Source: Hyphomonadaceae bacterium
GTDB taxonomy: Bacteria > Pseudomonadota > Alphaproteobacteria > Caulobacterales > Hyphomonadaceae
Length of the DNA: 42,217 bases
Assembly: GCA_035548775.1 (NCBI GenBank)
Contig: DASZSI010000144.1
Span: 1 to 42,217 of the forward strand
Direction: 5' to 3'
The notes beneath the pieces were generated by a model. The model made no database searches and was not told the origin of the DNA. It saw only the letters and a list, made by a program, of their open reading frames with translations. Below are positions 25,642 to 34,220 of this stretch, piece after piece (positions within the stretch are counted from its first letter, which is position 1; the number at the start of each line of letters is the position of its first letter). Made by a program: the position numbers and the translations under genes.

Positions 25642-28131
25642 TTACGCGTGCCTGAGGGCTTCGGCTGGGCGAACGCTGGCGACTTTCAAGACGATGCCGA
25701 TGACGGCCGCCCAGGCGATGACCAGAGTGATGATAAGGCTGACGAGGAAGGGCGCCGGCGTAAGCTCGATGCGGTAAGCGAAGGCCGAGAGATAGGACTG
25801 CGCCGCGAGATAGCCGACCGGCCAGGCAAGAAGATTGCCGATCAGCACCGGGATGGAGAAGTCGGTCAGCATCAGCCGCACGACGCCCGCCGCGCTGGAG
25901 CCCAGCGTCTTGCGTATCGCCACCTCGTGTCGGCGCCGCGAGGCGGCATGCACCGCAATGCCGAGCAGGCCGATCGAGGCGATCAGGAAACAGGTCGAGC
26001 CGAGCAGGGCAAAGAGCTGACCGGCGCCGGCCTGCTGGCGATAGGTCTGTTCGAACATCTGGTCGAAGAAATGAAAGTTGGCAGGCGTATTTGGCGCCAG
26101 CTTGTCCCAGACCTTGGTGATCGCAGCGAGAGTGGCTGGAATGTCGGCTGCGCTGATCCTCACGATCGGATGCGGCGGCATGTAGGGCGGAAAGACCGGA
26201 AAGTAGCGATACAGGGTTCCAGCGCCTTCGCCTGCGATGCCGTTGATGCGCATGATATCGGCTTCGACGACGCCGATGATGTGCAGGGGCGCCTTGTAGG
26301 CATAGATCGTCTGGCCGACCGCCGCTTGCGGCGTTTCGAAACCCAGATTTCTGGCAAGCAGCGCGTCGATGACGATGTGGCCATCTTTCATCGCCAGAGG
26401 ATCTGCGGGCGAGGCATCCTGCTCTTCGAGCTTGCGCCCGGCGAGGAGCTTCATGTTGAGCGTCTCGAAATAATCGAGGCTGACAAGCTTCGAATAGCTA
26501 AAGTTGGCGCCATAGGCTTGATCAGGCGAGCGGCCGACCTGCTGCACCGAGTCATTGACGTACTTCGTGCGCTTGAGATCCCACGGCGGAGAATTGGCCG
26601 CTGTTACGTTCTTGACCCCAGGCTGGGCCGAAAGCTGCGTTCGCAGCGTGTTGAGATCGACGCCAGTCGAGGCGAGGTTGTTGAGGACGAGAACAGGGTC
26701 TTCGCGCGGGCTGATCGCGCCCGCCTCGATATGCTCGCGCTGGAGTTGGGCCGTAATCACCAGCAACAACAGAAAGCTGGCGCTTGCGAACTGGATCACG
26801 ACGAGGACATTGGCGATCGGCCGCGCGGCGGTTCTGGATCTGCCCGAACGCAACGCGCTAGCCGGCTGAACGCGTGACAGCACGAAGGCGGGATAGGCGC
26901 CGGCAACGAAGGCGACGACCAGAACAACGAAACCGGCACCGATCAGGGCACCGCTGCCGCTCCGGAGGAAATACAGGATATCAACGTCCGAAAGCATGTG
27001 GACAGCAGGTCCCGCCAAAGCCAACAGGCCCAACGCCGTAGCGAACGCCGCCAGCGACTGGATCAGCGCCTCGATCCACGACTGGATCATGATTTCCCGC
27101 CTGCGTGCGCCCACCACGCGGCGCATGCCGATCTCCTTGGCGCGCATAACGGCCTGTGCTGTCGCAAGGTTCGCGTAGTTGACCACAGCGACCACGAGGG
27201 CGATCGCGCCGAGCAGCAGCAAGACAAATATGACGGAAACGGACGCGCCGAACTGGGACTCAATCAGGGCATCATACTTCCGTGTTGACATCCCCGAGAT
27301 CGGCAGGATCGATCCCGTCATCGTCGCCCGCTTGGTGTATTCGCGCGGGATGCGCGCCTCGAACAGGGCGGCGAGGCGGCGATTGAAGACATCGGTGGAT
27401 AGCGAAGGCGGCAGCACGACGAACGTGAACGCGTCGAACTGCATCCAGGAATCCTTGCGGTCGGCGAGGGCGCCGGTTGCATCGCCCGCCCAGGCGCTCA
27501 ACATGTCGAATCGCAGAACAGCGTCCTCGCCTTCGCCCATAAAGGAGGGTTGCGGCACGGGCGCGATCACGCCGGTGACGGTGGCGGTGCGCGTGTTGTC
27601 GATCAGGATCGACTGGCCAAGCGCCGGCTTTGATCCGAACAACCGTTGTGCGGCGGTTGTCGTGAAGATGACGCCGTCGGGCCGTGACAGCGCTTGGCGC
27701 GCATCGCCCGCCACGAAATCGAAATGGAAGATGTCGAGGAAGGCAGGATCAGCGAGCGCTGCATGAAGCATCTGCTTGGTGGCGCCTGTAGAAACGGCGG
27801 CTTCAACCGGCAGCGAGGTGCGGGCGACGTTCGAAATCTCCGGAATGTCCTGCCTCAGGTAGCGCGCCAGCGTCGATGTGCTCGGCAGGCCAAGCTGGCC
27901 AAATCCCGCCCCGAGGTTTGGACCTCCCGCCTTCATGTCGATCTTCATGCCGACAACGAACGTGCGCGCCGCATCCTTCTGATAGGCGTCGCCCGAACTC
28001 CAATAGACGGAAGTACCGTATGCGCCGAGGAAGCAGGCCAATCCCAGCGCCAGAGCCAGTATGTTGGCGACCGTCGTGAAGGGCGTCCGCACGATGCTGG
28101 CGAAGGCGGATGAGAGGTAGTGCCGGATCAC
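25642..28131 (-). CDS. ABC transporter permease, duplicated FtsX/MacB-type (829 aa), paralog 3
   Basis: (GTG)[30 protein letters not shown]... with the same architecture. The GTG start overlaps the ATPase stop (GTGA). Confidence 0.85.
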   Translation of the reverse strand: MIRHYLSSAFASIVRTPFTTVANILALALGLACFLGAYGTSVYWSSGDAYQKDAARTFVVGMKIDMKAGGPNLGAGFGQLGLPSTSTLARYLRQDIPEISNVARTSLPVEAAVSTGATKQMLHAALADPAFLDIFHFDFVAGDARQALSRPDGVIFTTTAAQRLFGSKPALGQSILIDNTRTATVTGVIAPVPQPSFMGEGEDAVLRFDMLSAWAGDATGALADRKDSWMQFDAFTFVVLPPSLSTDVFNRRLAALFEARIPREYTKRATMTGSILPISGMSTRKYDALIESQFGASVSVIFVLLLLGAIALVVAVVNYANLATAQAVMRAKEIGMRRVVGARRREIMIQSWIEALIQSLAAFATALGLLALAGPAVHMLSDVDILYFLRSGSGALIGAGFVVLVVAFVAGAYPAFVLSRVQPASALRSGRSRTAARPIANVLVVIQFASASFLLLLVITAQLQREHIEAGAISPREDPVLVLNNLASTGVDLNTLRTQLSAQPGVKNVTAANSPPWDLKRTKYVNDSVQQVGRSPDQAYGANFSYSKLVSLDYFETLNMKLLAGRKLEEQDASPADPLAMKDGHIVIDALLARNLGFETPQAAVGQTIYAYKAPLHIIGVVEADIMRINGIAGEGAGTLYRYFPVFPPYMPPHPIVRISAADIPATLAAITKVWDKLAPNTPANFHFFDQMFEQTYRQQAGAGQLFALLGSTCFLIASIGLLGIAVHAASRRRHEVAIRKTLGSSAAGVVRLMLTDFSIPVLIGNLLAWPVGYLAAQSYLSAFAYRIELTPAPFLVSLIITLVIAWAAVIGIVLKVASVRPAEALRHA

Positions 28132-28835
28132 GCCGTCGCCTCTTCGCGGCGGGTGGCGGTGGGTTTGGCGACGGCGGAAACGACTCGGCCATCCAGCATG
28201 TTGATGATGCGCTCGGCCTCGGAGGCATCGGCGGCGTTGTGGGTGACCATCACGATGGTGGCGCCGTGGTCGTGCAGGACATGAAGCATGTCGAGCACCT
28301 CGCGGCCGTTCTTGGAGTCGAGGTTGCCGGTGGGTTCGTCGGCTAGGATCAGCGTGGGATCATTCACCACCGCGCGCGCGATCGCGACGCGCTGCTGCTG
28401 ACCGCCTGAGAGCTGCGCCGGCTTGTGCTTGGCGCGGGCGTTGAGGCCCACCAGCTCCAGCACTTCGCGCACGCGCTCCTTTCGTTCGCCCGCATTGACG
28501 CCGCAATAGAGCAGGGGCAGGGCGACGTTGTCGCGAACGCTGAGCTCGTCAATGAGGTTGAAGCTCTGGAACACGAAACCGAGATGTTTCTTGCGCAGGC
28601 CAACCAGCTTGCCTTCCGGATAGCGTGATACCTCGACGCCATCGAGAACATAACTGCCGCTCGACGGCTTATCGATCATGCCGAGAATGTTGAGCAGGGT
28701 GGACTTGCCGCAACCCGATGGACCCATGATGGCGACGAACTCGCCCTTCTGTATCTCGAGGTTGACGCCATCGAGCGCCATCGTCTCGACATCGCCCACG
28801 CGGTAGGTTTTTCGCAGGTCGGTCAGTTTAAGCAC
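28128..28835 (-). CDS. ABC transporter ATP-binding protein (MacB/LolD/DevA-like NBD)
   Basis: Walker [14 protein letters not shown]-loop, signature [14 protein letters not shown], Walker [13 protein letters not shown] and H-loop VTHN. GTG start at 28835 with GGGGGAGG upstream. Confidence 0.92.
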   Translation of the reverse strand: MLKLTDLRKTYRVGDVETMALDGVNLEIQKGEFVAIMGPSGCGKSTLLNILGMIDKPSSGSYVLDGVEVSRYPEGKLVGLRKKHLGFVFQSFNLIDELSVRDNVALPLLYCGVNAGERKERVREVLELVGLNARAKHKPAQLSGGQQQRVAIARAVVNDPTLILADEPTGNLDSKNGREVLDMLHVLHDHGATIVMVTHNAADASEAERIINMLDGRVVSAVAKPTATRREEATA

Positions 28836-28861
28836 GTCCGCCTCCCCCTCTTTCCGAGGTG

Positions 28862-30223
28862 TCAGTTGAAGTCGATCCGTTCGACGTCCTTGAAGCCATC
28901 ATAGCTTGACGTGATCACACGCTCTCCCGGAGCGAGGCCCGAGACCACTTCGATCGCCTCGGGGTTGCGGCGGCCGAGCGTCACCTTGCGCTTGATTGCC
29001 TGCTTGCCGTCTGACGACATCACCAGCGCCCACGTTCCGCCCGTCTCGTCGTAGAAGGGGCCGTTGGCGACAACTACGCTGCCGGTCGTCTCGCCTAGCT
29101 CGATGCGCGGCCGCATGGTCTGGCCACGACGAATGCTTTTCGGCGCCGCATCCTTGAAGCGCAGGTCGACCTGGAACTGCCGCTCCTTCACATCCGGATA
29201 GACCTTCGCGACCGTCATCGCGTAGGTCGCGCCGTCCAATTCCAGATTGGCTGCCTGCCCGGCGGCGACACGGCCGAGATAGAATTCGTCGACCAGGGCG
29301 GTGATCTTGAACGCATCCGTGGAATCGACCTGGCCGATGCGCTGGCTAGGGTTCACCACTTCGCCCACCTTCAACGTGAAGCCGGTCAGCTGGCCCGCGA
29401 TCGGCGCCGCGATATTTAGGTTGTTCAGGTTCTCGCGGACCAGATCGAGGCTCCTGGTCATGCGGTCGATCGACTGTTGCAGCTGTGCGAGGTTGCGTCC
29501 GGAAACTTCGCGCTGCTCTGCCTGTGCGGCGACGATCTTGTCGCGCTGGGCCTGACTGTGCGCAAGGTCCGCTTCCAGGTTGACGATGATCGATTTCGAT
29601 ATTCCCTCGTTCTCCAGCGGCTTTTGTCGGGCGAGACTATCCGTGATGCGCGCGATGTCGCGGTCGACATCGATCAGGTCGCGGTCGTTGCGCACGTCGC
29701 CCTGCTGGAAGGCGAGCTTTGCGTTGGCAAGATAGCTCTCGGTTTCGGTGAGCTGCGCTTCGCGGCTCAGCACTTCGAGTTCCAGCCGCGTGTTCTTGAG
29801 GCGGGCCAGCGGCCGGCCGGCTTCCACGATGGCGCCGTCCTCGACGAGAACATCGGTCACCTGGCCGCCGTCGACAGTGTCGAGGAAGACCGTGTCGAGC
29901 GGAGCGACATTGCCGGTCACCGGCACGTAGTCGCTGAATGTCGCCTTTTCGACCCGCGAAACCGTTACATGGTCCAGCGCGACCGCCAGCGATTTCGCCA
30001 TGCCATAGCGGAGATAGCCGAACACGCCGACAGAAAGGACAGCGAGAATCACCAACACGACGGCGGCTCGCATGGGCGTGATCCGGCGAGGCTTTACCGC
30101 ACGATCCATTGCGGAAAGCGCCGACGCTTCCACGGACGGTCCGTTCGGGTCCGCAATCGGTCCGTGCGGCTGATCGCCCGCAACGCCCGCCTTTTCGCGC
30201 TTGAACTTGGCGATGACGCTCAT
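28862..30223 (-). CDS. HlyD-family periplasmic adaptor (membrane fusion protein)
   Basis: N-terminal TM (AAVVLVILAVLSVGVFGYL), a lipoyl-like beta region, a long coiled-coil hairpin (LEVLSREAQLTETESYLANAKLAF... AQRDKIVAAQAEQRE) and a C-terminal beta-barrel. First gene of the exporter operon. Confidence 0.85.
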   Translation of the reverse strand: MSVIAKFKREKAGVAGDQPHGPIADPNGPSVEASALSAMDRAVKPRRITPMRAAVVLVILAVLSVGVFGYLRYGMAKSLAVALDHVTVSRVEKATFSDYVPVTGNVAPLDTVFLDTVDGGQVTDVLVEDGAIVEAGRPLARLKNTRLELEVLSREAQLTETESYLANAKLAFQQGDVRNDRDLIDVDRDIARITDSLARQKPLENEGISKSIIVNLEADLAHSQAQRDKIVAAQAEQREVSGRNLAQLQQSIDRMTRSLDLVRENLNNLNIAAPIAGQLTGFTLKVGEVVNPSQRIGQVDSTDAFKITALVDEFYLGRVAAGQAANLELDGATYAMTVAKVYPDVKERQFQVDLRFKDAAPKSIRRGQTMRPRIELGETTGSVVVANGPFYDETGGTWALVMSSDGKQAIKRKVTLGRRNPEAIEVVSGLAPGERVITSSYDGFKDVERIDFN

Positions 30224-30247
30224 CGGCGCGCGCTTCCAGTGCCAGAA

Positions 30248-30273
30248 TGGTGTATCAGATACCTAATACACCA
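30248..30273. promoter_or_regulatory. Inverted repeat in the exporter/GntR divergent intergenic region (operator candidate)
   Basis: TGGTGTAT-CAGATACCTA-ATACACCA has perfect 8-bp arms. It contains the nested palindrome GTATC-A-GATAC and fits the GntR-family GT-Nx-AC operator style. It lies between the HlyD start (30223) and the GntR start (30342). Confidence 0.4.
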
Positions 30274-30341
30274 CATATGGACGCAAGCTGTCAATCGGGC
30301 TATATGAACGGTGCGGTTAGACTCGCCATCAAAGGTGGAAA

Positions 30342-30698
30342 ATGACGACGAGCGCGGCGAGCTGGAACGACAGCCAGCCGATCTATCGGCAGATCATGGA
30401 GACCGTGATCGGGCGGATCCTGGAAGGCTCCTATCCGGAAGGCGAGTTGCTACCCTCCGTGCGCCAGCTGGCCATCGATTTCGAGGTCAGTCCGCTGACC
30501 GCGGCCAAGGTAATAACCGAGCTCGCGCGCGAGAACCTGACGGAGAAACGCCGGGGCATCGGTTTTGAAGTGCGTCGCGGCGTACGCAAGGTCCTGCTGC
30601 ATCGCGAGCGCAAGCGGTTTCTCGAAGAGGAATGGCCGGAAATCCGCGCGCGCATGAAGCGCCTCGGCATCGAGCCGCGCGACCTGCCTAGGGACTAG
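30342..30698 (+). CDS. GntR-family transcriptional regulator, short YtrA-like subtype
   Basis: 118 aa with a winged-HTH: IYRQIMETVIGRILEGSYPEGELLPSVRQLAIDFEVSPLTAAKVITELARENLTEKRRGIGFEV. The C-terminal part is too short for a FadR/HutC effector domain. Divergent from the exporter operon. Confidence 0.85.
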   Translation: MTTSAASWNDSQPIYRQIMETVIGRILEGSYPEGELLPSVRQLAIDFEVSPLTAAKVITELARENLTEKRRGIGFEVRRGVRKVLLHRERKRFLEEEWPEIRARMKRLGIEPRDLPRD

Positions 30699-30872
30699 GC
30701 GCGCCCGGCTATTGTGTAGGTCTGCCTTCCTGTTTCCAGCGGGCCGACGGCTTGGCGTCATTGAAGCGGTTGAGTTCAACTCAAGGCTCAACCAAACTCG
30801 AATCCCTTCCCGGCAGGTTAGGATTTTGGCAACCGTTCTAGCCAAGCCTTTGGGTCGACTAGGGAGGCTAGG

Positions 30873-32081
30873 ATGGCGGTTGGGGAATCCGCATCCATCG
30901 CAGAGCTCGGCGACCTGCTTTCGCGCCTTCGGGATCTCGCGAAAGTCAAGGACACGATCGATGTCGCGCAGCTCCAGTTTGTCGGCCTAGATAAAATCAG
31001 GCGCGCCTACGGCGAGCGTTGGCTCGAGCACAAGTCGCGAATCCAGGATGCGGCGGAATCCTATTTGCGCAAGCGCGTCGGCGCAGAGGACTTTCTGGTT
31101 CGCGGGGATGCCGGCTTCTTGATCGTGCTCACCGGCGCGACCGGGCCAAGGGCTCATGCGGTCACTGCCGAACTCACGCACGGGCTCAACGCCTTTTTCA
31201 CTGGAGACATAAGGGAGTCGCCGTCCCCGGAGTTCCGCGGCGCGGCGCAGAGCGCCCCTACCAGGGAACTTGAAAGATCCCTGAGACACCGCCCCGATCT
31301 CGCGCCGCCCGCTGAACCCGCGTCCGAGGAAGGCGGTGCGACCGATCTGGACTGGAAATTCGAGCCAGCATGGGACGTTCGTCGAGAAGCGCTGTCCTAC
31401 TGGTGCGTTACGCCCTTCAATCGTGCGACGGGACTTCGCGTTCCGGGTTACCAGTTCGAGACGGCGGCCGTCCACACGCCCCAGTTCGTGAGAATCGACG
31501 AGGCGGCGCTCTGGATTTCCGAGCAGACGTTGATCGATCTTGCGAGATCCGGTCGGCAGGCGCTGGTCAGCGCTACCATTCACGCGCAGAGCCTGACCAG
31601 CCTTGCTTCCCGGGCACGACTTCTTGCGACGATCGATCGCCTCGACCCGGCCCTCCATCGGTTCCGCATCGTGAAGATCGCTGGCGTGTCGCAAGGCTTT
31701 CCGCGGCTCTATCTCAAGGAGATCGTCGGCGCCTTGCGTTCGCGGCTTCCCAACCTGACCCTCGTAGCCCAATGGGATGAACCTGATATCGCAAGCCTTC
31801 TTCATCCGGGGCTTTCCGGCATCGGGTTTGTAGCGCCGGGTTCGGGCGTCATGTCGGGCACGGTGACGGCGATACCCGCCTTGATGTCTAGGGTCAGCGC
31901 GGCGATGAAGCAGGCTCACGCCGCGCGTATGCGGTTCTTCGTTGAAGGCGCCGTCACAAAATATCTGGCGCTTAAATTCGCCACTGCTGGCGTCGACAAT
32001 CTGTCTTCGTCTTCAATCTGGCCGGCGCGCCCCTCGGCGGAAGGCATGCTCAAATGGTCCGCTGACCGCCTCGTGGCCTAA
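30873..32081 (+). CDS. Stand-alone degenerate GGDEF-like / degenerate EAL-like protein (candidate c-di-GMP receptor)
   Basis: The N-terminal half resembles a GGDEF fold (LQFVGLDKIRRAYGERW ... FLVRGDAGFLIVL, with GDAGF where GGDEF is expected). The C-terminal half resembles EAL (FEPAWDVRREALSYW) but lacks the catalytic N (TIHAQS), E-x-x-E (IVKIAG) and DDFGTG (AQWDEPD). GGGAGG SD lies upstream of the ATG at 30873. Confidence 0.55.
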   Translation: MAVGESASIAELGDLLSRLRDLAKVKDTIDVAQLQFVGLDKIRRAYGERWLEHKSRIQDAAESYLRKRVGAEDFLVRGDAGFLIVLTGATGPRAHAVTAELTHGLNAFFTGDIRESPSPEFRGAAQSAPTRELERSLRHRPDLAPPAEPASEEGGATDLDWKFEPAWDVRREALSYWCVTPFNRATGLRVPGYQFETAAVHTPQFVRIDEAALWISEQTLIDLARSGRQALVSATIHAQSLTSLASRARLLATIDRLDPALHRFRIVKIAGVSQGFPRLYLKEIVGALRSRLPNLTLVAQWDEPDIASLLHPGLSGIGFVAPGSGVMSGTVTAIPALMSRVSAAMKQAHAARMRFFVEGAVTKYLALKFATAGVDNLSSSSIWPARPSAEGMLKWSADRLVA

Positions 32082-32234
32082 GCAGGCGGGTTCCCTGCAT
32101 CGCAATTGCGTGAATGGTTTACGCCGGACGCCATTCCGTTAACGGTCCAGCGCTTTTGTTCCGCGGCGTTAAACCCCTGTTCGCCCTCGGCCAATAACTT
32201 TTCGGATGTTGCAGCCAGCGCAGGGTCATAGGGG

Positions 32235-34220
32235 ATGGCGACCAACCGTAGCCGCGCTTTCTCGCTCGTCGGACTGAGCATCATCGCGCTCGTGATTTTC
32301 TCCGTGTCGGCGATGTCGGTTGTCGCGGCCCTTGCCGGCGTCCAGCTGTCCTCGCAACAAGCCGTCGCATCGTGGCGGAAATTTTCCGACCAGGCGTCGG
32401 CGGAACAACGCGCGTTGCGCGCCTTCGTCACTCAGGCGGGTGTCGCTGGCCTGATAGAGGATTACCACAAGCTCGCCGTCACGGGCGACGAGACGCTGGT
32501 GCCGATGGTCTACGGCCGGGGCGGGGCGGCTCTGGGCGCTCTCAGCACATATCCGGTCGACGGCGCCTCGCCGGAAGAAACCGCGGCGCGTGCGACACTC
32601 CAGGGTCTCATTCGAAGCTACATGGTCGCGGTTGGTCCCATCGTGGCGATGCACCATGCCGGTAAGCCGGCCAAGGAAGTCCTCGCGGCGGCGGACATTG
32701 ACGGCAAGGCCGCCTTCGCCGCGCTTCAGACGCTCGCGACCGCAACCACGCGCAGCATGACGACGAACAACGACGCCTCGGATTCCAAGGCGCTCATCCT
32801 GCTCGACATCCGGCGCTACCTCGGCCTCGAGGGACTTGTCCAGAACGCCAACCGTTACCTGGTCAAGGACGATCCCTCGATACTGGAAGCAGTGCGCCGG
32901 GACGTTGAGAACATGCGCCAGGCGGCGGAGCGCTATGGCCGCCATCCGATGACGGACAGCGAGCGGGCGGCTCTCGCACAATTGGTCGCCGAGATCGAGA
33001 AAGTCGAGGCCCGCCTCGAAGCCAACAAGACGTCCGGAATTCTGTTCTTTGACTCCCGGAAGATACAGGCGCCGCTGACCGAGCTCGAAAAGACTGTCTA
33101 TGGCGAGGCTGTGGCGGCCCAAGCCAACCTGCAGGCCACGCTCACGCAGGTCTCCGAGCGAGCCGGCAATGTGATCACCATTGTCGGCGTTGGCGCGGTG
33201 CTGCTGGTGGGCGGCGCCATATGGCTGCTTCTCTTCCGCATCGGCGGCCGCATCAAGGCGATCACCCGGTCGATGCGTGATCTGGCCGCCGGCAAGCTCG
33301 ACACCGAAATCCCTGCGGCGAGCGACCATGATGAAATCGGCGACATGAGCCATGCGCTTGCCGTCTTCCGGGATGGGCTGCGCGCCAATGCGGCGCTGAC
33401 CACGGAACTCGCGGAAAGCAGCCGGCTGGCGTCGCTGGGAGCGATGGTCGCCGGCATGGCGCACGAACTCAACACCCCAATCGGAAACGCCCTTGCCGTC
33501 TCCTCAATGCTGGATGAACAGTGCAAGTCCTTCCGCAAGGATCTCGCGTCGGAACGCCTGTTGCGGTCGATGCTGGAGCGTCACGCCGCCAGTCTCGAAG
33601 AAGCGGCGACTCTCATCCAGCGCAATCTGGTTCGCGCAGGCGAGCAGATCGGCTCGTTCAAGCAGGTCGCGGTCGATCAGACCAGCGGCAAGCGGCGCGA
33701 ATTCCACTTGGACGACGTGCTCGCCAATGTCGTCCAGTCGCTGCATCCGACGTTCAAGCGCACGCCCTTCACCTTGTCGCTTGGCGATCCGTCCGGGGCG
33801 GTGATGGATTCCTATCCCGGCGCGCTGTCGCAAGTCGTCACCAACCTGGTCGAGAACGGGCTGAAGCACGGGCTAGCAGGATGCGACACCGGCAAGGTCG
33901 AAGTCAGCGTTCGCCGGCTGGGGCCGCATTACATCGAGATTGCTGTTGCCGATACCGGCGCGGGCATCCCCGACGACATCAAGCCCAGCATCTTCAACGC
34001 CTTTTTCACGACGAAGGCCGGCAAGGGCGGCTCCGGGCTCGGTTTGCACATCGTGAAATCAATCGTCTGCGGACCGCTTGGCGGTCAGATAAGCGTTGTG
34101 TCCCAGCCGGGCCAGGGCGCGCGGTTCATTCTCACCCTTCCCACCAAGGCGCCGGCGGAGGCTCAGGCCGGCGAAGCGACGGAGCGCACCTATTATGCAG
34201 CCGCTCAACACGCAGCCTGA
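32235..34220 (+). CDS. Sensor histidine kinase (2 TM, periplasmic sensor, HAMP, HisKA, HATPase)
   Basis: TM1 is FSLVGLSIIALVIFSV and TM2 is VITIVGVGAVLLVGGAIWLLLF. HAMP is RSMRDLAAGKLDTEIPAASDHDEIGDMSHALAVF, the H-box is MAHELNTPIGNA, and the ATP lid is DTGAGIP...GGSGLGLHIVKS. Confidence 0.85.
   Translation: MATNRSRAFSLVGLSIIALVIFSVSAMSVVAALAGVQLSSQQAVASWRKFSDQASAEQRALRAFVTQAGVAGLIEDYHKLAVTGDETLVPMVYGRGGAALGALSTYPVDGASPEETAARATLQGLIRSYMVAVGPIVAMHHAGKPAKEVLAAADIDGKAAFAALQTLATATTRSMTTNNDASDSKALILLDIRRYLGLEGLVQNANRYLVKDDPSILEAVRRDVENMRQAAERYGRHPMTDSERAALAQLVAEIEKVEARLEANKTSGILFFDSRKIQAPLTELEKTVYGEAVAAQANLQATLTQVSERAGNVITIVGVGAVLLVGGAIWLLLFRIGGRIKAITRSMRDLAAGKLDTEIPAASDHDEIGDMSHALAVFRDGLRANAALTTELAESSRLASLGAMVAGMAHELNTPIGNALAVSSMLDEQCKSFRKDLASERLLRSMLERHAASLEEAATLIQRNLVRAGEQIGSFKQVAVDQTSGKRREFHLDDVLANVVQSLHPTFKRTPFTLSLGDPSGAVMDSYPGALSQVVTNLVENGLKHGLAGCDTGKVEVSVRRLGPHYIEIAVADTGAGIPDDIKPSIFNAFFTTKAGKGGSGLGLHIVKSIVCGPLGGQISVVSQPGQGARFILTLPTKAPAEAQAGEATERTYYAAAQHAA

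Noticed and set aside
30226-30246. Sigma-54-like TGGCAC-N5-GCGC on the minus strand just upstream of the HlyD gene.
   Set aside because: The -12 element is poor (AGCGC versus TTGCA/T). The site ends only about 7 nt from the ATG, so transcription would start inside or after the start codon.
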